Shown here: one piece after another, positions 52,000 through 60,663 of the stretch
Position numbering within the stretch: position 1 is the first letter of the stretch
Layout of the letters: every line of letters begins with the position of its first letter
Notes under the pieces: model-generated
What the model was told of the DNA's origin: nothing
Seen by the model: only the letters and a program-made list of their open reading frames with translations
Databases searched by the model: none
Assembly: GCA_964016885.1 (NCBI GenBank)
Contig: OZ024748.1
Span: forward strand, 10,354,001-10,418,000
From: Eledone cirrhosa
Taxonomy: Eukaryota
Length of the DNA: 64,000 nucleotides
Direction: 5' to 3'
Translations under genes and position numbers: made by a program

Positions 52000-52297
52000 A
52001 ATCATACTGTGCTCATACAAACCTATTTTTGGCATGGTTTGGTTTTGTGGTCCCTTGACTAGTCTAATCTCAAACTGTGATAACCCATGCAAGCATGGAA
52101 AGCAAACATACAAGGAGGACGATGATGATGATGGTGGTGGTGATGCTAATGACTGATTATCGTAATAGTGATGATGTCAGTGATGGTGGTGATGTTAGGG
52201 ATGATGATAATAACATTGATTACGGTGATGGTGAAAGTGATGGTGGTGGTTATGATGATGGTGGTGATGACGAAACAGCTACAATGTCCATACTAAC

Positions 52298-52446
52298 CCG
52301 TTTCTCTTCCACTGTTGGTAGACATTAAGATATGTTAAATGGTCACTCTCGGGAACTTGGAACTTCTCACGCGAAGAATCAGAGTCTTCTTCTCGTCCTT
52401 TTGGTCTGTAGAATATGGCTGGTACGGACAGCATTGACACAATCAC
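52298..52446 (-). CDS. DHX38: DHX38/PRP16 DEAH-box splicing helicase, internal exon (most 5' exon found; earlier exons lie beyond 64000)
   Basis: tctag|GTG...GG|gttagt. Encodes [49 protein letters not shown], the DHX38 HA2/OB region. Confidence 0.96.
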
Positions 52447-52530
52447 CTAGACAAACAAGAAGAAAACAACAACAAAAAAAAAAGCAATGAATAGCGTAAA
52501 CCCATTCGTCATCATTATCATAGTTTAACA

Positions 52531-52719
52531 GAGGGTGGTGGATTGGCAGTATTGGTAGAGGGTCGGACGCCATGCTTTGACGTATAGAGTTACGGCCCTT
52601 GCCATTCTGAGTTCAAATCCCGCCAAGGATAACTTTGCATTTCATCCTTACGGGGTCGATAAAATAAAGTACCAGTAATGCACTGCGTAATTGCTGGCCT
52701 TGTGCCTAACGTAGAAACA
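52531..52719 (+). mobile_element. Same SINE family, full length, with 17-bp TSD
   Basis: Near-identical to 59231-59415. TSD ATTATCATAGTTTAACA at 52514-52530 and 52720-52736. Confidence 0.88.
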
Positions 52720-53394
52720 ATTATCATAGTTTAACATCTATTTCCTATATTTGCATGAATTAGCCAGGTTGTCACATTCTGAAGCCTGACCAGTCAGGGG
52801 GACATGTCCTGCTTGAATCCTCCATTTTGAATAGAAAACCTATAAAATGGGTGTAGTTATGTCATAAGAAAAAAGCCGATTTTATCTGGGTTGGGAACAA
52901 ATGAGATCACCATTTTGTTAGCATATTTCTAAGAAAATATAGAGTTTATTGACTTAGAAAAAAAAAGGAAGGTAGGAAATTAGTAAGATAGCTTTTTCAA
53001 CACTGAGCCATTTGTAGTCCAATGTCCTAGCAACTTTACTATTTCACCTCAAGCGTTAACCTAATATATTCCTTCCATATACTGTTCCAATTGAGTTGTT
53101 ATTTCTGTTTATCTTTTACATATATATATATATATATATATGTGTCCCACCCTTCAAAGCAAGGAAAAGCGGACGTAAAATGATGATGATGATATCATCA
53201 TCATAATCATTTCATTTTACGTCCGCGTTTTCCCCTGCTTGCAAGGGTGGGACGGGAACAGATTCTGGCTTGATTTCTACAGCTGGATGCCCTTCCTAAC
53301 ACCAACCTCATTTACAGTGAGTGTTGGGTGCTTTTTTGCCGTGGCACCTCCACGACCACTTTGCAGTGGAATGATATGAACCCCAGTCCCTATC

Positions 53395-53540
53395 ATCTCA
53401 TTTCTACAGCTGAGTAAACTGGAGCAATGTGAAATAAAGTGTCTTGCTCAAGGAAACAACACATCACGCGGTCTGAGAATTGAACTCACAACCTTTCGAT
53501 TGCAAGGCCAATGCTCTAACAACTAAGCCATGTGCCTCCA
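53395..53540 (-). mobile_element. Second tRNA-derived SINE family; degenerate copies at about 26378-26560 and 22770-22920
   Basis: TGGCTTAGTTGTTAG A box, GAGTTCAATTC B box, then a CCTTGAGCAAGACACTT...CTCAGCTG core. Confidence 0.75.
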
Positions 53541-54155
53541 TATATGATATATATATAACAATGAAGAAGAAGCCAATAGGTTAGAATTTACCTCATTGAT
53601 TTGTTACACAATTGCTATTATACGTATTTCGATGGTAACTGTTATAACCTATCAGACAGTTACATGAATAAAAATTACAAGAATAAAATGACAAGAACAA
53701 AAATAAAGCTAAATATTACTCATGCTGTTTCCAGTCAGTGTTAACCCGGCTGTGAAATATCACAGCATAATTTATATCTTTATTTGTTCATGTCATTTTC
53801 TGTAACTTCATGTAACTTTCTGTTCCAGTAATAGCTGTCTGATGTGATCACAACTGTTACATAACAGTTACCATCAAAATATGTATAATAGCGATTGTGT
53901 AACAAATAAATGAAGTAAATTCTAACCTACTAACTTCTACTTCATTGCTATACCAATACTTCCGAGTACACAGACCTACATGTATACTTTGTCCTGTTCT
54001 CGATCCTGCATATGCTAGTGTTGGTTGATTAACTATCACAAATACATATATATACATATATACATATGTATATACATATATATATATATATAATTGGTGC
54101 GGGATGCTTAAAGTGTCTGTAAGCGGTAGGCCGTTTCTCCGTTTCTAATGAGATA

Positions 54156-54208
<53 letters not shown>

Positions 54209-54210
<2 letters not shown>

Positions 54211-55576
54211 TGACCTCTTTAGAGTCACATTATACTGACCTCTTTAGGGCCACATTTTAGTGACCACCTATGGTTACATAGTGACCTCTCTAGTGCCACA
54301 AAGTGACCTCTTATGGTCAGATTTTAGTGACCTCTCTAGGGTCACACAATAGTGATCTCTTTAGGTTCGCATTAGATTGATCTTTCTAAGGCCATACTAC
54401 TACTACTACTACTACAATAGTAGTACTGACAACAACTTCTAGTATATATATATATCCACACACACACACATATACATGACAGGTGATGGTATCATGTTTG
54501 ATATTGACTGGTACTAAAGGTATTTAATTACAAAATTATTATGGAGGCCCTCCAGGTATTCTGCATTAGTCAGGTAAGGAATGTTATATAGGAGCTTCTC
54601 ATTAGTTACTGACATAATTCTCTACAGTTGCATGAGGGATGCAAGACTGGGCCACAACTACTAGATTATCCTGGTTTCCCCTCCCCTGGGGCTTTAACTT
54701 TATTTAATGACTGTGAATGTTGACCTCGGTGCAAGGCCAAACTTCCACCTGCTGTGGCGCTAAGCTATATTAAATCCTAAGCTATATTAAATCCCTAAAA
54801 AAATATAATTATTTTCTTTTTATATGAATGTATTATATACAAAGCACTAAATGGTGCGGAAAGTTAAATATCAGTGTTTCGGGATTGTTAATCACTCATT
54901 AGTGAAACTTACTCCCTTAATACTGAGGAAGAGAAGCTCATGCTTCTAATACACAGGCAATCTACCTAGTACAGGTGCTACAACAAAATGCATCTCTTCC
55001 ACTCTGTAAAGTGGTAGTGCTGGTACCATAATAAAACACACCCAGTCCTCATAGTAAAGTGGTAGTGCTGGTACCATAATAAAACACACCCAGTCCTCAT
55101 AGTAAAGTGGTAGTGCTGATACCACAATAACACACACACAGTCCTCACTGTAAAGTGGTAGTGCTGGTACCACAATAAAATCTATCTAGGACATGCTGTA
55201 AAGTGGTTAATGTTAGGAAGGGCATTCAACTGTAAATTCCATGCCAAAACTGGACTGTATGAGCAAGATATGATCTAGTAGTAGTAGTTTTGGTGGTCAG
55301 TGGTGGTATTACTAAAAATTGTTGTGGGTGGTGGTGGTGGTAATACTAGAAGTTGTTGTCAGTACTACTATTGTAGTAGTAGTAGTGGTATGGCCTTAGA
55401 AAGATCAATCTAATGCGAACCTAAAGAGATCACTATTGTGTAACCCTAGAGAGGTCACTAAAATCTGACCCTAAGAGGTCACTTTGTGGAACTAGAGAGG
55501 TCACTATGTAACTATAGGTGGTCACTAAAATGTGGCCCTAAAGAGGTCAGAATAATGTGACCCTAAAGAAGTCACT
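54209..55576. repeat. Long inverted repeat with arms 54209-54444 and 55344-55576, built of palindromic ~23-bp subunits
   Basis: The arms are reverse complements with few mismatches; subunit AGTGACCTCTYTAGGGTCACA. Confidence 0.92.
55000..55210. repeat. 48-bp tandem repeat (about 4 copies) derived from the LINE 3' UTR
   Basis: GTAAAGTGGTAGTGCTGGTACCATAATAAAACACACCCAGTCCTCATA, running into TTAGGAAGGGCAT of the LINE tail. Confidence 0.85.
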
Positions 55577-56429
55577 AGAAAGGTGACCTTAGAAAAGTCA
55601 ATACACACTGAGAAACCTGGTATGTATGGACCCATAACTCCTGATAAAGTTGTAGGGGCACTACAGTGATATACAGCGTTCCTTGGTCATTTTAAACCCA
55701 TCCCCTTGCTAAGTCTGAACACAACTGATTTATTCCAGAGAAGTAAGAAAGGGAATACAAGAGAGGATGTGAGAAATGAGATACGGAAGAAGAACTGACC
55801 CCAGTATTAAACTGGTACTTTATTTATCGACCTCTATGTACTATACATGCACCTTTGATGAGTTGTAGTGCACTTGAGCACTGTACACAATAATTTTCAT
55901 TATTATTATTGTAGGGTGGTGGATTGGCAGTATTGGTAGAGGGTCGGACACCATGCTTTGCAGCATAGAATTATGCCCCTTTATGATCTGAGTTCAAATC
56001 CTGATCTCAGATAATTGGGTAAAATACCCCTAGAGATGGAAAAACGTGGCCAATAGCTACAGCAGGGAATTGAACTCTGTATCATTATCCTCCACTTCAA
56101 GGCCACCTGAACAACCCAACATTTGTTTTCTCTTTCTCTCTACCTTGTAACTGCCATTATTATTCCCTATAATACAATGTGTTTTTCATTAAGCTCTCAT
56201 CTCCACCCACCACCCCTCCCAACCAGGACACAAGAAACCATCCTAATGCCACACAGCCATAATAGACTGCACCCAGTGCTGTGCTGGTGAGAGATTAAAA
56301 ATGTATCCGGTTAAGTACATACAGCTAAAATATCTGCCAAAATGAAAGGTTTAAACTAGAAGTCGTCATCTGGGTTAATATAACCTCAGAACAGGATAAC
56401 ACATCAACCAATGCCAGCATGAAAACAGA

Positions 56430-56948
56430 TGTGTGGTGGTGGTGGTGATGATGATGATGGTGGTGGTGGTGATGATGTGGTGGTGGTGATGTGGTGGTGG
56501 TGGTGGTGATGGTGGTGGTGGTGATGTGATGGTGGTGGTGATGTGGTGGTGGTGGTGGTTGATGGTGGTGGTGATGTGGTGGTGGTGATGGTGGTGGTGG
56601 TGATGTGATGGTGGTGGTGGTGATGATGATGATGGTGGTGGTGGTGATGTGATGGTGGTGGTGATGTGGTGGTGGTGGTGGTTGATGGTGGTGATGGTTG
56701 ATGGTGGTGATGGTGATGTGGTGGTGGTGATGGTGGTGGTGGTGATGTGATGGTGGTGGTGATGTGGTGGTGGTGATGTGGTGGTGATGGTGGTGGTGGT
56801 GATGTGATGGTGGTGGTGGTGATGATGATGATGGTGGTGGTGGTGGTGGTGGTGGTGATGTGATGGTGGTGGTGATGTGGTGGTGGTGGTGGTTGATGGT
56901 GGTGATGGTTGATGGTGGTGATGGTGATGTGGTGATGATGATGATGAT
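56430..56948. repeat. (GGT/GAT)n trinucleotide low-complexity tract; similar tracts at 35040-35135 and 38785-38995
   Basis: Direct inspection. Confidence 0.9.
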
Positions 56949-57249
56949 CAGATATATAAATATATATATAGTCACTCAGATTGTATACATATATATCATA
57001 TAATTACAGGTACACACACACATACATACAGAACCTAATTTTGTATTTCAGAAGAGTCATCATATTGTATATGTATGTATGTATTTAATACATACATACA
57101 CATACACACACATACATACATATATATTTAGGACTAATGTCAAGACTATTTCTTCATTGTATTGTTTTGTTAATTCTGTTTGCCTTTTGCATACATATAT
57201 ATATAAACACAAATATATCCACATATAGTCCTAAATATATATCTCTATC

Positions 57250-58027
57250 TCTATATATATAAAACGGTAGATGTCTGTCTGTGTGTGTATGATTTTTATG
57301 CATTTCCACATTTTTCTACCGATTTTGATGATTTTTTTTCCAATGTGCTCCAAATTTACCAGGGCAGGTCAACACGTAATTACTTTTGCCAAACATTTCC
57401 TGCTTCTATGAAAAAAAATTGATAAAACTAAATACATGCTGTAACCCTCGATGTTCCAGGAGATACAATGCTGCCTTCCAAATGACCTCTTTCGGAGCTA
57501 ACATCATACGCGAGGACGGCTTCATGCCTACCTTTAAAGTTCAACGACAAATTTACCACAGAATCGGTTCGCTACTGCCCACGACAGACGGACAGCCCCA
57601 GTTCCTACAGCTATACTTTGTCACTGACTATTTGGACCAAGCGGAACGATGTGCTTCAATTTCGCCTGGCACAGACATGAAAATTCTGTTGCAACTCCAG
57701 AGAATGCTGTACGAAAACAACAACTACATTTGCAGTTTAAAATGCGCATTGGAGGCTGCTCTGTTGTCAAATTTTGCTGTTATAATCGACGCTGACAGGA
57801 AACCACCAGGCACCCATGCCAGACGTTTTAACACTCCCACGTGCAATGAAATAGCTGTGCTTCTTCATGGAGAACAGTACAACAAGCGGGACATCATACT
57901 TCAGTGTAGGGACAATAGTCTGCAACGGATCAGCGAGACGCATAGGTCCTACAACGCATTCCAATATCCCCTACTTTTCCCATTCGGTGACGATGGATAC
58001 CACTTTGGAATTCCTTTGTGCATCAAA
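57250..58027 (+). mobile_element. Helitron fragment (5' terminus plus part of the Rep/helicase N-terminal region)
   Basis: 5' TCTATATATATAAAA end followed by a GTCT microsatellite and ACCGATTTTGATG. The ORF has YNAAFQMTSFGA, FKVQ.QIYHRIGSLLP, QLYF, RRFN.P..NEIA, RDIIL and QYPLLFP.GDDGYH, typical Helitron RepHel motifs. Confidence 0.9.
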
Positions 58028-58460
58028 GAGATCTTTGGCGCTTCATAGTAATACAGAAGACCCGCCTTGCCTAAGTTCAAAGTGAAACCTACAGTCAGTA
58101 GGCACCTCTTAACCAAAATACACCCCCGTCCCACTAACCCTACGCCCATCGCCATCTACACCACCCCCTTCGATGTAAAGCTATGTTGGTACCACAACAT
58201 CCAGTCCTAAATAAATGAGGTCGTGTAGGTGTCATGACAAAAAAAAAACACACAGTCCACGCTGTAATGTGGCCGTGTAGGTAACACGGTAAAAACCTCC
58301 CAGTCCACACTGTAAACGTGTTTGGTGTTAGGAAGGGCATCCAGCCATAGAAAACCCGCCAGACAGTCCTGAGCAAGACAACCAATCTTGCCTCAAGTGG
58401 GACAATTCCCGTCCAGACCCATGCTAGCGTGGAAAATGGACGTTAAACGATGATGATGAT
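58028..58460 (+). mobile_element. 5'-truncated 3' end of the same RTE LINE family
   Basis: Colinear with the reverse complement of 60663-61071 (GAGATCTTTGGCGCT...GTAATACAGAAGACCCGCC...CCCATGCTAGCGTGGAAAATGGA), ending in (GAT)n. Confidence 0.9.
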
Positions 58461-58610
58461 ATATATATAATTAGGTATTAAATAGACCACACTGAAAATA
58501 TATATATATTATTATAATAAGGAGAAGGAACAAAGTATCAATATAGCTCGCCAATAAACTATATATATTTGAATAATCATAACCGTAGCAGTATGTCACA
58601 TATCAAATCT

Positions 58611-58677
58611 TATATTTTATCTGATGAAAACGTACTTAAACACCATTGTACCCTTGAAATATGTATAATAAAATATA
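58611..58677 (+). ncRNA. Minimal type I hammerhead ribozyme-like motif (Penelope pLTR/retrozyme-type)
   Basis: 10-bp stem I TATATTTTAT/ATAAAATATA; CTGATGA at 58621; stem II 6/8 pairs; GAAA at 58656; short stem III; AUA cleavage triplet at 58665-58667. Confidence 0.6.
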
Positions 58678-59230
58678 TATTTTGATTATGAGAATATTTT
58701 TCATTTATTAACATTTTGAATAATATTAAACACCCCAGGAAAATCTCTTGTCGAGTCCTTCTAATCTGTTGTAAAATTGTATTCGTTGATTAATCAACGA
58801 ACCATATTAATCTTTGGTTATATATATAGGGCAGGTAAAATTCCCAAGATGATTCTTTTCAATGGCTGATAATCCCTTACCAGCGCCACTTAGTAAGGTA
58901 ATTATTTAACCCATAAATGGGGCCCTAAAAGGTAGTACTACTCTGGGCCAGAGCAGACCTGGGTGTGATAACAACTAAGGGGTAACTCCACATTCCCCAT
59001 ACCTTCTGAACTCCCGAACTGGAGACTTGCCACTGGATGCAGTTTAATATCATACCCAGGACAAATATATATATATATACAGTGTACCCTTGGCATTTGT
59101 GACCCTGGCAGTCGCAGTCCCGGTTATTCGTCGGTATTTTCCTTAGAACCTAACTAATAATTGTTTGCGGAAACCACTGCATATTTGCAGAAATGTAAAT
59201 ATCTTCTGCAACATTATTATTTTGTGGCAA

Positions 59231-59415
59231 GGGCGGTGGATTGGCAGTATCGGTAGAGGGTCGGACGCCATGCTTTCCAGCATAGTTATGTCCCTTTACA
59301 ATCTGAGTTCAAATCCCGCCGAGGTTGACTTTGCCTTTCATCCTTACGGGGTCGATAAAATAAAGTACCAGTAATGCACTGGGTAATTGCTGGCCTTGTG
59401 CCTAAAGTAGAAACA
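59231..59415 (+). mobile_element. tRNA-derived SINE with Nin/Deu-like core and 18-bp TSD
   Basis: A box TGGCAGTATCGG, B box GAGTTCAAATCCC, core GCCTTTCATCCTTACGGGGTCGATAAAATAAAGTACCAG. TSD ATTATTATTTTGTGGCAA at 59213-59230 and 59416-59433. Confidence 0.88.
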
Positions 59416-60097
59416 ATTATTATTTTGTGGCAATATATATTTTTTCAGGTTTTTTAATACTAAATTATTAATAAAAATATACTGTATTTGCTGGCCTATA
59501 TTTTACATTATGTTTTGAGGTTTATAGTCATTTTTATGGACCACATCCGAAATTTGCATTTTTTCAATCTTCACAGGTGCTTTGGGAATGTAACGCCCAT
59601 CAGTACCTGGGGACAATATGTGTGAATATGTGAATGCCTCGGAGTGTGTGTGTGCGTGTGTGTGATACTTACATTTAATGTTTCTTTATACCCCATTCAT
59701 AAAAAAACTCAATAAAATGAGAACTAGTCTTAAAAAAAATAGATAATGGACTTGATATGACTGATTAAATAAATTCAAGGTGGTGCCCTATCATAACCAT
59801 AGTTTACTGACTCAACCCTTTAGAATTTAATCTGGCTATATCCAGCCAGAATTCTCTCACCTCTTTCTCTTCAAACCTGCTGTAACTGGCCGCTCATACT
59901 TGTGTTAAGGTATTGTTCTCAAAATAAATATCAAAATCTCATATCTTCAATATTAGATGAGATAAAGCCTTTACCATGAAAATATGATAGTAAATATAGA
60001 GTAATGTAAATGCTAAAGACTATATTATATATACATGATGAATTTAAACTTAAATGGTGCATATATACCTATTATATATATGTATATATATATATAT

Positions 60098-60305
60098 ATG
60101 AAGGATGACAGCTGCATAAAAAGGTGCAGAGCACTAGAAGTCGATGGAAACCGCGGAGTGGGGAGACCCAAGATGATCTGGGATGAGGTGATAAAAGCCG
60201 ACCTTACCCAATTACACCTCTCAAAGGCGATGACACACGACCGTGACCTCTGGCGTCATGCAGTAATACAGAGTACCCGACCTCCCATGGGTACAAGCTA
60301 AAGCA
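60098..60305 (+). mobile_element. RTE LINE C-terminal fragment
   Basis: MKDDSCIKRCRALEVDGNRGVGRPKMIWDEVIKADLTQLHLSKAMTHDRDLW parallels ORF 60997-61524. Confidence 0.88.
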
Positions 60306-60623
60306 TATAGATATATATTCCGGAGTGTAGATAAAGAATGAATAATAACAGGTAGACGTCATAAAAAGGTAATTTATTCTGTGTGCTTACAAATGTTTCC
60401 ACGGTGGTTATACAGCCTAGTTATGCTATGTGCAAATTTATAACTATTTGCAAAACTCAATTATCAAATGCTGAGACCACTGTATCATCAGAGCAGAATG
60501 GTTAAAATGTACAATGTAAATACCCTTAAGTGAGGTTATTGAGGAAGATAGAGTAGAAAAAAGGTGTGTGTAATATATATGTATACATATATATATATAT
60601 ATATATGTATACATATATATATT

Positions 60624-60662
<39 letters not shown>

Positions 60663-60663
<1 letters not shown>

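Noticed and set aside
53480-53540. tRNA gene
   Set aside because: It is a tRNA-like head without a proper acceptor stem, fused to a SINE body.
54913-54978. Possible extra DHX38 exon with a GTAAGT donor
   Set aside because: No frame resembles the expected upstream DHX38 sequence (FPLDP...GCS.E); the real exon must lie beyond the window.
56325-56975. 216-aa poly-H/T/P ORF (also 35012-35284, 38815-39145 and 44011-44441)
   Set aside because: Microsatellite translations with no splice or homology support.
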